Positions 53,597 to 63,137 of a stretch of 64,000 nucleotides of DNA are shown in pieces. The stretch lies in assembly GCA_035546295.1 (NCBI GenBank), contig DATKBT010000125.1:333056-397055 (forward strand). The letters run 5' to 3'. The DNA is from Thermoanaerobaculia bacterium. Its GTDB lineage: Bacteria > Acidobacteriota > Thermoanaerobaculia > Multivoradales > Multivoraceae. The notes under the pieces are model-generated. The model had not been told where the DNA came from and made no database searches. It saw only the letters and a program-made list of their open reading frames with translations. Positions within the stretch are counted from its first letter, which is position 1. Each line of letters starts with the position of its first letter. The position numbers were made by a program, and so were the translations under genes.

Positions 53597-55084
53597 GCGA
53601 TGCCCCCTCAAGCGCAAACCGGCGCCGCCGTGGTCGCCGCCATCCGTTCGATCTGGCTCGAGCGGCGCGATGCGGAGCTCGTGCTCCAGCGGCCCAAAGG
53701 GAGCGCCCGGCTGACCTTCCGCAAGGGCGAGCTCTACTTGCCGTCGAACCACGCCGCCGCTCCCCGGCTCAAGGCGCTCCTGGAGCACGTGAACCGGTCG
53801 AGCTCGGAGCACGCGCGCCGCGTCGACGACGCCCTGGGGACACTGGTCGATCGGCTCGTCGAGGCGGTCATGGCGACCGACCTGGTGGATTGGCGCATCG
53901 AGGCTGCGATGAACCGCGAGATTGAGCTGGTCGGGCCACTGCCGACCGCTGCGCTCGTGATGCGAGGCACCGTCCGCAACCTGGACGAGAAGCAGCTCCT
54001 CGAGCGACTGCGCGGCGAGGCCTCGCTCGTCGAGGCGCATGGCGACGCCAGCCTGCTGGCTCGGCTTCCGGGCCTCGACAAATCCGACGCCTTCCTCCAT
54101 TCGCGCGCCGAGAAGCCGGTGACGGTCGAGGCGCTCCTCAAGCAGGCGCCCGCGCCGCGACTGAACGCGCTGCGGGCTCTGGGCAGGCTCGAAGCCATCG
54201 ACATGCTCCGGGTGGTCGACCCCAGTCGCAGCGAGCAGCCGGCCGAGCTCGACGAGGAGGAGCGAATGGCGGCGATGGTGCAGCGCCTCGAGCAGAAGGT
54301 GAAGAGCTGGCTCGACGCTCGTCCCGTGCGCCTCGATGCCAATGCGCACTACGAGATCGTGGCCGACCGGGTGACGAGGCTGTCGTCTCTCAACCACTAC
54401 GAGATCCTGGATCTAGAAATCCACTCCGACGAGCGGGAGGTGCACCGCGCCTACGACCGGATCGGGCGACTGGTCCATCCGGTCCACGCGAAGCGGCTGG
54501 GCGTGAGCGCGCCGGCGCTCTCGCTGGTCTTCGAGCAGGCGACGGTCGCCTACCTGACGTTGATGGACGCCGAGCGGCGCGCCGGCTACAACTACAGCGC
54601 TGGAATCGAGGGCGCCGCGAGCCTGTCGCCAGAGGAGCGCGGTAGGAGGCGCGTGAAGGCGGCACGCAAGGCGCACGAGCGTGCTCGCCAGCTGGCGAAG
54701 AAGGAGGAGATCCATTTCGCGATCGAGCTCGCCCGGCAGGCGGTGGCGATGGATCCCCAGCCGAAGTACCTGGCGCTGCTCGGTCGCCTCCTCGCCCGCA
54801 ATCCGCAGTGGTTCACCGAATCGATCGACACCTACCATCGCGCCATCGAGCTGGCCCCCGACGATCTCGATCTGCGCCTCGAGATGGCGGAGCGCTACGA
54901 GGAGAGGGGAGAGGATGAGCGGGTGCGCGCGATCTGCCGCGAGGTCCTCCAGCAGCAGCCGTCGAACGCGCGGGCCCAGGGCCTGCTCGGCCAGATCGGC
55001 GATGAGCGAGCGGAGGCGAAGCCGGCGTCGGGGGGGCTGATGGAGCGCATTCGACGCTGGATGGGAGGTCGCGGTGCGTCCTGA
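53597..55084 (+). CDS. DnaJ-like (degenerate J-domain, HPD replaced by HPV) protein with C-terminal TPR repeats
   Basis: NHYEILDLEIHSDEREVHRAYDRIGRLVHPVHAK resembles a J-domain. TPR repeats follow (AIELARQAVAMDPQPKYLALLGRLLARN...). The start is uncertain: ATG 53597 or TTG 53507 just after a TATAAT box. Confidence 0.55.
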   Translation, partial: AMPPQAQTGAAVVAAIRSIWLERRDAELVLQRPKGSARLTFRKGELYLPSNHAAAPRLKALLEHVNRSSSEHARRVDDALGTLVDRLVEAVMATDLVDWRIEAAMNREIELVGPLPTAALVMRGTVRNLDEKQLLERLRGEASLVEAHGDASLLARLPGLDKSDAFLHSRAEKPVTVEALLKQAPAPRLNALRALGRLEAIDMLRVVDPSRSEQPAELDEEERMAAMVQRLEQKVKSWLDARPVRLDANAHYEIVADRVTRLSSLNHYEILDLEIHSDEREVHRAYDRIGRLVHPVHAKRLGVSAPALSLVFEQATVAYLTLMDAERRAGYNYSAGIEGAASLSPEERGRRRVKAARKAHERARQLAKKEEIHFAIELARQAVAMDPQPKYLALLGRLLARNPQWFTESIDTYHRAIELAPDDLDLRLEMAERYEERGEDERVRAICREVLQQQPSNARAQGLLGQIGDERAEAKPASGGLMERIRRWMGGRGAS

Positions 55085-55098
55085 GATGCGATAGACTG

Positions 55099-55492
55099 GG
55101 TGGGCCGGAGGATCGGACCGGGTCGCGGCGGCGACAGCCGTCGAGGAAAGTCCGAACTCCAACGGGCAGCATGCTCGCCAACCGCGAGGCGCGGCGACGC
55201 GACGGAAAGTGCAACAGAGAGCAGACCGCCCGCGGCTTCGGCCGTGAGGTGAGGGTGAAACGGTGCGGTAAGAGCGCACCGCTCGGCCGGCGACGGACCG
55301 AGGCACGGCAAACCCCATGCGGAGCAAGACCAAATAGGGAGCACGGTCGAGCGGGCCGCCTGTCCCGCCAGCGCCTTCGGGCGCTCCGTTCTCCGGGTAG
55401 GTCGCTCGAGCCGTCGAGCAATCGGCGGCCCAGAGGAATGACCCGGGCGCTTCGGCGCAACAGAATTCGGCTTACGAGATCCTCCGGTTGCT
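55099..55492 (+). ncRNA. rnpB: RNase P RNA, bacterial type A
   Basis: GAGGAAAGTCCG(A/G)ACTCC, GGGTGAAACGGTGCGGTAAGAGCGCACC, CAAATAGGG and the 3' ACAGAATTCGGCTTA. The P1 helix is CCGGAGGATC/GATCCTCCGG. Confidence 0.88.
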
Positions 55493-55540
55493 GGCCTCTG
55501 AATGTGCTGGTTGGCGCATTCGAGGCCAGCAGTGTTTTCC
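55491..55540 (+). terminator. intrinsic terminator of rnpB: hairpin CTGGCCTC-TGAATGTGCTGGTTGGCGCATTC-GAGGCCAG plus T-run
   Basis: 8-bp perfect outer stem with GTGTTTTCC immediately 3'. The inner arms carry the same GAATGTGCT core as the palindromes at 31570, 46096 and 46218. Confidence 0.65.
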
Positions 55541-55915
55541 CCTCCACGAGGAGGAGCCTCGCAATGCGCCCCAACCAGGAGTAGGGCGCCGCTCGGGGCC
55601 GTGGGGGAGGGGCGGGTGCCCCGGATCGAGTCGAGGCGACGCCCACGTGGAACCTCGATCTTGCGGACGGGGAGGTTGAGCCGAAGGGCGCGGACAGGGG
55701 CGGAGGCTCGCCGTTTCGACGGAGGATGCCCGAAGGCCAGTTGACCGTGCGGCTGGGGCGCAGGTACGCTGACAGGCCTCTACGAGGCCGAGCTCCGATC
55801 GTGATCGCGTCGTGCGTGTCGGGGGGTCGGCTCCCGGGCGATCGGCTCCGCTCGGTTCGAAGCGGTCGGCGTACGGCCGGCGCCGCTTTCTGCGCGACCA
55901 GCCCCCTTCGTCCCC

Positions 55916-56707
55916 ATGGTCAAGACGGTCTTCAAGCGTGGCAGCGACCGGAAGGCGGGATCAACCGACTTCTCGATCGAGGTTCCGGCGGGGGAGTATC
56001 TCTTCCGGGAGGGGGACCTCGGGACCGAGATGTTCATCGTCCAGGATGGACGAATCGAGATCGTGAAGGCCGTCGACGGCGAGGAGCATCAGCTCGCCGT
56101 GCTCGAGAAGGGGGACTTCTTCGGCGAGATGTCGGTGCTCGAGGAGCTGCCGCGCACCGCGTCGGCGAGGACGCTGGCCGGCAGCCGGCTGCTGCAGATC
56201 AACGGGTCGACCTTCGATCAGATGCTGCACGACAACCCCGAGATCGCGGTACGCATGATGCGCAAGCTGTCGAGCCGACTGCGCCGGACCGAGAACCTCC
56301 TGCAGGACGTCCTCGGGCGGGCGGCGCCGGCGGCCGCGCACGAGGCGCCCGGGACGCCGATGACCGACACGCAGCGGCCTTCTTCGACCCAGCGGATGGT
56401 CCACAGCGAGACCGGCGTCGAGCTGTTCTTGTCCTCGGGCTCCGAGTCGACGGTCGGCCGCCACGACCCGGTGACCGGCATCCATCCGGACATCGACCTC
56501 TCCGAGGTCGACAGCAGCCGCTCGACCAGCCGTCGCCACGCCAAGGTCTATCGCCGGGGCGGCAAGTTCTTCCTCACCGAGGAGATCGGCACCACCAACG
56601 GGACCTTCGTCAACGGGATCCGGCTCGAGACCGGCGTTCCCTGCGAGCTCAAGACCGGGGACGAGGTGCAGTTCGGTCTCGTGCGAATGGAGTTTCGCGT
56701 CGACTGA
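55916..56707 (+). CDS. cyclic-nucleotide-binding (CAP effector) domain fused to an FHA domain
   Basis: The cNMP fold has GDFFGEMSVLEELPRTASARTL. The FHA motifs are VGR..D, SRRHAKV and TNGTFVNG. Confidence 0.8.
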   Translation: MVKTVFKRGSDRKAGSTDFSIEVPAGEYLFREGDLGTEMFIVQDGRIEIVKAVDGEEHQLAVLEKGDFFGEMSVLEELPRTASARTLAGSRLLQINGSTFDQMLHDNPEIAVRMMRKLSSRLRRTENLLQDVLGRAAPAAAHEAPGTPMTDTQRPSSTQRMVHSETGVELFLSSGSESTVGRHDPVTGIHPDIDLSEVDSSRSTSRRHAKVYRRGGKFFLTEEIGTTNGTFVNGIRLETGVPCELKTGDEVQFGLVRMEFRVD

Positions 56708-56754
56708 TCGATGACGCGACCGCCTCCAATCCGGCGGCGACGGATGGCCTCCTC

Positions 56755-58842
56755 TTGACTCCGAGCGGAGGCGCCGTGGGGTCACCCGCCGAGCTCGACC
56801 TCGGCGCGCCGATCGAGTCCGTGCGCGGCGTCGGTCCGGCACGGGCCGCTGCGCTGCGGGCCGCCGGCATCGGCACCGTCGGAGCCCTCCTCTCCGTGCT
56901 CCCGAGGGCCTACCAGGACCGCCGGACCCTCTCGACCGTTCGCGACATCCTCGCCGGCGGCGTCGACTCGGCGACCCTGCTCGTGCGCCTGACCTCGCTG
57001 TCGCGGCGCCGGATCCGGCGGCGAGGAGCGAGCCTGGTCGAGGGCAAGGCCGTCGACTCGACCGGCGAGCTGCGAGCCGTCTGGTTCAACCGGCCGTACC
57101 TCGCCGACCAGGTGGATCCCGCAAGCGAGGTCCTGCTGCACGGCCGGATCCGCCGCAGCGCGCGTGGCGTCGAGTTGGTCAACGCCTCGGTGACGACCGT
57201 CGACGGCGCCGCGCCGCGCACCTGCGCGCGCCGGATCGTGCCGGTCTACCCGCGGGTGGGCGAGGTCGCCCCGAGCACCGTCTCGCGCCTGGTCGCGGCC
57301 GTCCTCGGCGATGGGCGAGGGCTTCCGATCAGCGATCCGATCCCCTTCTCCCTCCGCCAGAAGCGTGGTCTCCCTTCGCTGTGCGAAGCCCTGATCGGCC
57401 TGCACCGGCCGCTGCCGCGCGCCGACGCGGCATTGCTCGAGCGCGGCGAGTCGCCCGAGCACCAGCGCCTCGCCTACGGCGAGCTGCTCCTGCAGCAGCT
57501 CGCCCTGGCGCGTGCGCGAAGGGCCCATCGCGCTCTCCCCAAGCCGCACCGCTACGCGATCGACGATCGCCTCAGAGCCGCGGTCCGGAGCATGCTGTCC
57601 TTTCCCCTGACCGGCGCGCAGCAGCGCGTCCTCGGCGAGCTGGTCGCCGATCTCGAGCGCCCCGAGCCGATGCTCCGCCTGCTGCAGGGGGACGTCGGCT
57701 GCGGCAAGACCGTGGTTGCGGGCCTGCTCCTTGCGGTGGCCCTCGAAAACCGACTCCAGGGCGCCTTCATGGCGCCGACCGAGCTCCTGGCCGAGCAGCA
57801 CTTCCGGACCCTGAGCCGGCTCTACGACGGGCGCTACCGCGTCGACCTGCTGACCGGCTCGACCGCCCAACCGCGGCTCCGGCAGAGGATCGCGAGCGGA
57901 GAGAGCGATCTGGTGGTGGGCACCCATTCGCTGATCACCGAGGGACTAGACTTCGCGCGGCTCGGGCTGGCAGTGATCGACGAGCAGCACCGCTTCGGCG
58001 TGTCGCAGAGGCGCCGGCTCGAGCGCAAGGGTGTGCGACCCGACGTGCTGGTGATGACTGCGACGCCGATCCCCCGTTCCCTGGCGATGACCGCTTACGG
58101 GGACCTCGACCTCTCGGTGATCGACGAGCTGCCGCCTGGGCGCCGGCCGCCGGCCACCGAGCTGGTGCCCCGCGCCCGGCGCCGGCGGGTGTTCGCGGCC
58201 GTCGAGAGCGAGCTGCGCGAGGGCGGGCAGGCCTTCGTCGTGTTCCCGCTGATCGCGGACAGCGACGAAATCGACGCCGGAGCCGTGGAGGGGCTGGGCG
58301 AGGAGTACCGTCGACGGTTCGCCGCGTACGGCGTCTCGGTGGCGACCGGCCAGACGTCGCCCGCCGAGCGCGAGCGGAGCATGGAAGCCTTCGCGGCCGG
58401 TCGCTGCCGTGTGCTGCTCGCCACCACCGTGATCGAGGTGGGCGTCGACGTCGAGGCCGCCGGTTGCATGGTGATCGAAAGCGCCGAGCGTTTCGGGCTG
58501 GCCCAGCTCCACCAGCTTCGCGGGCGGGTCGGCCGGGGATCGGGCCGCTCGGCGTGCTGGGCGGTGCACGGAGGCCTGACCGACGCCGCACGCCGGCGCC
58601 TGGAGGTGTTTCGCCAGACCAGCGACGGCTTCCGGATCGCGGAGGCCGATCTCGAGCAGCGCGGTCCGGGCGAGCTGCTGGGGACCCGCCAGGCCGGCTG
58701 GAGCGAGCTGCGGATCGCAGATCCGGTGCGCGATCGCGCCCTCCTGGCGGCCGCGCGCGACGACGCCCGGGATCTGCTCGAGGAGCTGTCCGACGAGCTG
58801 ACCGCAGGGCAGCTTGGCGCGTCGGCGGCGGAGGTGCGGTGA
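56755..58842 (+). CDS. recG: ATP-dependent DNA helicase RecG
   Basis: TTG start in frame; LLQGDVGCGKTVVA, DEQHRFGV, and the wedge and TRG regions; about 695 aa. Confidence 0.9.
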   Translation: MTPSGGAVGSPAELDLGAPIESVRGVGPARAAALRAAGIGTVGALLSVLPRAYQDRRTLSTVRDILAGGVDSATLLVRLTSLSRRRIRRRGASLVEGKAVDSTGELRAVWFNRPYLADQVDPASEVLLHGRIRRSARGVELVNASVTTVDGAAPRTCARRIVPVYPRVGEVAPSTVSRLVAAVLGDGRGLPISDPIPFSLRQKRGLPSLCEALIGLHRPLPRADAALLERGESPEHQRLAYGELLLQQLALARARRAHRALPKPHRYAIDDRLRAAVRSMLSFPLTGAQQRVLGELVADLERPEPMLRLLQGDVGCGKTVVAGLLLAVALENRLQGAFMAPTELLAEQHFRTLSRLYDGRYRVDLLTGSTAQPRLRQRIASGESDLVVGTHSLITEGLDFARLGLAVIDEQHRFGVSQRRRLERKGVRPDVLVMTATPIPRSLAMTAYGDLDLSVIDELPPGRRPPATELVPRARRRRVFAAVESELREGGQAFVVFPLIADSDEIDAGAVEGLGEEYRRRFAAYGVSVATGQTSPAERERSMEAFAAGRCRVLLATTVIEVGVDVEAAGCMVIESAERFGLAQLHQLRGRVGRGSGRSACWAVHGGLTDAARRRLEVFRQTSDGFRIAEADLEQRGPGELLGTRQAGWSELRIADPVRDRALLAAARDDARDLLEELSDELTAGQLGASAAEVR

Positions 58843-60008
58843 GGATCCTGCTGATCGCCAACACGCTCCCGCCGACCGACCTCTCCGGCGCCGGCGAGCA
58901 GGTGCTCCAGCTCCGCTCCGGCCTCGAGGAGGAGGGGCACGAGGTGCGGATCCTCGGCCGCGGCCGCCACGGAGTCCCCGGTTCGAAGGTGCTGTTCCCG
59001 GTGCTTGCGGTGGCTCCCGCCCTGCGCGCGATCCGCCGTTTCCGCCCGGACGTGGTCCAGGTCCACGAGAGCGACGGCGGGCTGGTGGTGATCGCGGCAC
59101 GGTTGGCGAGGCGCCTGCTGCCGCCCGCGACCTGGCTGGCTCTGCAGCAGGTCAGCTACCGGGAGGAGCGACACGCCGTCCGTCCGCTCCGCGACCGCTC
59201 GAACGGGCGGGTGCTGGCGCGGCCGACCTGGGCGGAGCGTCGCTTCAGGTGGCTGCGGACCCCGGTGCAGTCGTTGCTGGGACGCTGGAGCGCGCGGCTC
59301 GTCGACTGCGTTTTGGCGCCGAGCCGGGCCACCGCCGAGGAGCTGCGACGCGACTACGGCGCCCGCGCGACCGCGATCGTGCCCAACGTCACCGGCGCGG
59401 TCTCCCCGGCGCCCGGGGACGCCGAATGGAGCGGCGAGCCGGCGGCGCACGAGGGACCCTACCTGCTGTTCGTGGGGCGGCTGCGCATCCGCAAGGGCGT
59501 CGAGGTCCTGCTCCACGCGATCGGCGAGGCTCTCCCCGGGTGCCCGGACCTCCGCCTGCTGGTGGTGGGCAGCGGCGAGCGAAGCGCGAGCCTGGCGCGG
59601 TCGGTGCGGGATCTCGGGCTCGACCGCCACGTCCGGTTGCTGGGCCGGCGCGACGCCTGGGGCATCGCGGCCCTGCTCCGACGTTGCCGGGCGCTGGTGG
59701 TGCCGTCGACGTACGAGGGCATGCCGCTGGTCGTCCTGGAAGCGATGGCCGCGGCCGCGCCCGTGATCGCGAGCCGGGTGAGCGGAATCCCCGAGGTCGT
59801 GGTCGACGGCGAGACCGGCTGGCTGGTGCCGCCGGAGCGGCCGGGCGAGCTTGCGGAGGCCCTGCGCCAGGCCTGGCACGAGCCCGAGGAGGCGCGCCGC
59901 CGCGGTCGGGCCGGGGCGCAGCGGCTGGAGCGTCGCTATCGTCCGCCCCACGCCACCCGCGCCTGGCTCGATGCCGTGGCGCGGACCGTCGCCGAGGATC
60001 GAGCGTGA
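58839..60008 (+). CDS. GT4-family glycosyltransferase
   Basis: GTG start overlaps the recG stop (GTGA). The C-terminal GT-B signature is EGMPLVVLEAMAAAAPVIASRVSGIPEVV...GETGWLV. Confidence 0.8.
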   Translation: MRILLIANTLPPTDLSGAGEQVLQLRSGLEEEGHEVRILGRGRHGVPGSKVLFPVLAVAPALRAIRRFRPDVVQVHESDGGLVVIAARLARRLLPPATWLALQQVSYREERHAVRPLRDRSNGRVLARPTWAERRFRWLRTPVQSLLGRWSARLVDCVLAPSRATAEELRRDYGARATAIVPNVTGAVSPAPGDAEWSGEPAAHEGPYLLFVGRLRIRKGVEVLLHAIGEALPGCPDLRLLVVGSGERSASLARSVRDLGLDRHVRLLGRRDAWGIAALLRRCRALVVPSTYEGMPLVVLEAMAAAAPVIASRVSGIPEVVVDGETGWLVPPERPGELAEALRQAWHEPEEARRRGRAGAQRLERRYRPPHATRAWLDAVARTVAEDRA

Positions 60009-60469
60009 ACGCGCTCCAGCAGACCCGCCTGATCGTCGGATTCGGCTTCCTGGCTGCCCTCGGGGGTCTCGTCGCCGCGGTCCTGGGCCGTGCCATCGAG
60101 CCGCCTGCGGTGAGCGACGCGGCTGCCGTCCACGTGATGTGGGCGCTGGTCGCCGGGCTCGGTCAGCTCCTGGCCCAGTGTTGGATCGCGCTCTTCGGCT
60201 GGGGCACCCTGCGCCTGCTCGCGCGTCGGGGGCGCCGTGTGCCGGCGGGGCGGCGCGCCGTGCTGCTCGGCGTTCCACTGGGGGTCGTCGTGCTGATCGC
60301 GGTGGCGATCTGGATCGGTATCCAGGGCTACACCTCGGGGCGTCCGGCTCCACTGCACGCGGCGGTCGGTTGGGGGACCGCGGTCGCCTGCCTGGTGGCG
60401 CTCGCCGTCGAGTGGCGAGCGCTCGAGACGACCGAGCGGGCGGTGGCGCAGGCGGATCGAGAGGCCTGA
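60005..60469 (+). CDS. hypothetical 4-TM membrane protein
   Basis: GTG start overlaps the glycosyltransferase stop (GTGA); 154 aa; no recognisable motif. Confidence 0.45.
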   Translation: MNALQQTRLIVGFGFLAALGGLVAAVLGRAIEPPAVSDAAAVHVMWALVAGLGQLLAQCWIALFGWGTLRLLARRGRRVPAGRRAVLLGVPLGVVVLIAVAIWIGIQGYTSGRPAPLHAAVGWGTAVACLVALAVEWRALETTERAVAQADREA

Positions 60470-60673
60470 GCCACCGACGCAGCAGAGGGCCTGCTGTTCG
60501 CTATCATCTGCGGCGTAGGTCGAGCCTCTCCCCTGGGCGTGCGGCGGCTCGTCCCAGACCGGTCGAGCCCCGCCGACGCCTTCCCAGACTCGTAGGGGCG
60601 CGGCGCAGGCGGACCGCGGTGCGCTCCAGAGCGAGCAGCCGTTACCCGGCGGAACCCCCGCCCTCACCCTGGC

Positions 60674-61549
60674 ATGAACGAAACCGGCGAAGAGCAGACG
60701 GGCACGGCGGTCGACGCGGAGAAGCCCGATCCCCGGCCGGACGAGCCGGTGCTGGAGGAGTTCCGCAAGACCCATCGCGGGCTGTTGCCGGAGTCCTGGC
60801 GGGTTCGGCTGCCGGCCTTCGAGGGCCCGCTCGACCTCCTCCTGCACCTGATCCGCATCAACCGAGTCGAGATCACCGACATCCCGGTGTCGCTGATCTG
60901 CGATCAGTACCACGAGTACCTGGCGCTGATGGACGAGCTGGATCTCGACATCGCGGGGGAGTACGTGTACGAGGCCGCGCTCCTGATCCAGCTCAAGTCC
61001 CGCCTGCTGCTGCCGCAGCCGAAGGTGGAGGAGGGGGAGGAGCCGCCGGAGGACCCGCGTGAAGAGCTGGTGCGACGCCTGCTCGAGTATCAGCGGATCA
61101 AGGAGGCGGCCCAGACCCTCGCCGAGGTCGACGCGGTGCGCCGCGGCCTCTGGACGCGGGTCCAGCAGCCGCTGCCCGGCGGCGAGGGCTCCGAGGAGAT
61201 GGAGCTCGGCGATCTGTCGCTGTACGACCTGCTCGCCGTGTTCCGCGGAGTGCTCGAACGCTACGACCGCGAGCATCCCGAGCCGATGGTCCTGCGCGCC
61301 GAGACCTACTCGATCCGCGAGCAGATCGAGCGGCTGCTCGAGCGGTTGCGGGCCAACCGCCCGCTCTCGCTGCTCGACGACCTGCTCGCCCTGTCCTGTC
61401 GCGCCGAGGCGATCGCGGCCTTTCTCGCCATGCTCGAGCTCGGCCGCCTCGAGCTGATCCGTCTGCGCGCGCTCGACAGCGGTGACATCCTGCTGATCCG
61501 CACCGAGCGCGAGCTGATGGCGACCGATCTCGAGAGCATTCACGGATGA
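60674..61549 (+). CDS. scpA: segregation and condensation protein A
   Basis: FEGPLDLLLHLIRINRVEITDIPVSLICDQYHEYL. Confidence 0.85.
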   Translation: MNETGEEQTGTAVDAEKPDPRPDEPVLEEFRKTHRGLLPESWRVRLPAFEGPLDLLLHLIRINRVEITDIPVSLICDQYHEYLALMDELDLDIAGEYVYEAALLIQLKSRLLLPQPKVEEGEEPPEDPREELVRRLLEYQRIKEAAQTLAEVDAVRRGLWTRVQQPLPGGEGSEEMELGDLSLYDLLAVFRGVLERYDREHPEPMVLRAETYSIREQIERLLERLRANRPLSLLDDLLALSCRAEAIAAFLAMLELGRLELIRLRALDSGDILLIRTERELMATDLESIHG

Positions 61550-62298
61550 CGCTGCCGGCGGCGGATCCGGAGGCCCTGCAGCTCGACGCCGCGGTCGAGG
61601 CGATCCTCTTCGTCACCGCCGAGCCGGTGCCGGTGGAGCGGATCCTCGAGGCCTTCACCGCCGGCGAGCGCGAGGCGGCGCAGGCCGCGATCGACCGCGT
61701 GCTCAGTCGCTACCGAGTCTCCCCGGACGAGCAGCCGGGGCGCGGCGTGGTCCTCGACGAGGTCGCCGGCGGCGTGCGCCTGGTCACGCGGCCGGATCTC
61801 CACGGCTACCTCAAGAAGTTCTTCGAGAGCACCGAGGGCTCGCGGCTGTCGCTCGCGGCGCTCGAGACGTTGGCGATCGTCGCCTACCGGCAGCCGATCA
61901 CGGCGCCCGAGATCCAGGATCTGCGCGGCCGGAACTCGGCGGGCGTCCTCAAGACGCTGCTCGAGCGGCGTCTGGCGCGGATCTCGGGTCGCAAGGACGT
62001 GGTGGGGCGCCCCTTCCTCTACTCGACGACCCGGGACTTCCTCCTCCATTTCGGCCTGCGCTCGATCGAGGAGCTGCCGCCGCTCGAGGAGTTCGAGGAG
62101 AGCTATCTGGGGGGCGGCGACTTCTCGGAGGAGGCGGGAGGCAAGCCGGCCGACCGGGAAGAGGAGGTCCTCCAGCAGCTCGCTCTCGTCGACGACGCCG
62201 ACGACGACGCCGACGACGATGTCGAGGCCGGCGAGGATGCCGAGGCCCGTGAAGATCCCGGTGACCCGGAGGATCCGGAGGAGGACCCCCAGCCATGA
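61546..62298 (+). CDS. scpB: segregation and condensation protein B (with acidic C-terminal tail)
   Basis: AAVEAILFVTAEPVPVERI...APEIQDLRGRNSAGVLKTLLERRL winged-helix pair; ATGA overlap with scpA. Confidence 0.85.
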   Translation: MTLPAADPEALQLDAAVEAILFVTAEPVPVERILEAFTAGEREAAQAAIDRVLSRYRVSPDEQPGRGVVLDEVAGGVRLVTRPDLHGYLKKFFESTEGSRLSLAALETLAIVAYRQPITAPEIQDLRGRNSAGVLKTLLERRLARISGRKDVVGRPFLYSTTRDFLLHFGLRSIEELPPLEEFEESYLGGGDFSEEAGGKPADREEEVLQQLALVDDADDDADDDVEAGEDAEAREDPGDPEDPEEDPQP

Positions 62299-63137
62299 GC
62301 GCCGGACCGAGCGATCGGGGGGGCGACCGCCTGCAGAAGGTGCTGGCCCGCGCCGGCATCGCCTCTCGCCGCGCCGCCGAGGACCTGATCCGGGAAGGAC
62401 GGGTGACGATCAACGGCCGCCCGGCGGAGCTCGGCGATCGCGTGCATCCGGGCAGCGACGCCGTGAAGGTCGACGGCCGGCTGGTGCGGCCGCGTGAGCG
62501 GCATCGCTACCTGGTGCTCAACAAGCCGGCCGGGTGCGTGACGACCGTCTCCGATCCGGAGGGGCGTGACACCGTTCTCGACCTGGTCCCGCCTGCCCTG
62601 CGGCGCGCGCTGTTCCCGGTGGGGCGCCTCGACTACCACAGCGAAGGGCTGCTGCTGCTGACCACCGACGGCGAGTTCGCCGAGGCGGTCAGCCACCCCC
62701 GCCACGGCTGCAGGAAGAGCTACGAGGTGAAGGTCAAGGGCGAGCCGAGCGAGGATCAGCTCGAGCGGCTGCGCGAGGGGATCACGATCGAGGGCCGGCG
62801 CACCGCTCCCGCCAAGATCCGGCGCCGGACCGGAGTGGTCGGCCGCCACGGACGCCGGAGCAGCGCGAACACCTGGTGGGTGGTCGAGCTGGCGGAGGGC
62901 CGGACCCGGCAGATCCGCGAGATGTTCCGCAAGATCGGTCACCCGGTCCAGCGGCTGAGACGGGTGGCGATCGGCCCCCTCCGCGATCGCACCATTCCGC
63001 TCGGCACCTACCGAGAGCTCACCGAGGAGGAGGTCGCGGCCCTCGGCCACAAGGGAGCGGCCTCTCGGCGCGATCAACCTTCGAGGCGCGGGGCCAGGAG
63101 CCGTCCGAGGCGCGGCCGGGCGGGCGACTCGCGTTGA
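62295..63137 (+). CDS. rluB: 23S rRNA pseudouridine synthase, RluB/RsuA family
   Basis: S4 domain (RLQKVLARAGIASRRAAEDLIREGRVTING) and catalytic RLDYHSEGLLLLTTDG. Confidence 0.85.
   Translation: MSAGPSDRGGDRLQKVLARAGIASRRAAEDLIREGRVTINGRPAELGDRVHPGSDAVKVDGRLVRPRERHRYLVLNKPAGCVTTVSDPEGRDTVLDLVPPALRRALFPVGRLDYHSEGLLLLTTDGEFAEAVSHPRHGCRKSYEVKVKGEPSEDQLERLREGITIEGRRTAPAKIRRRTGVVGRHGRRSSANTWWVVELAEGRTRQIREMFRKIGHPVQRLRRVAIGPLRDRTIPLGTYRELTEEEVAALGHKGAASRRDQPSRRGARSRPRRGRAGDSR

Noticed and set aside
59936-61543. 535-aa minus-strand ORF
   Set aside because: Antisense to the membrane protein and scpA; no motifs.
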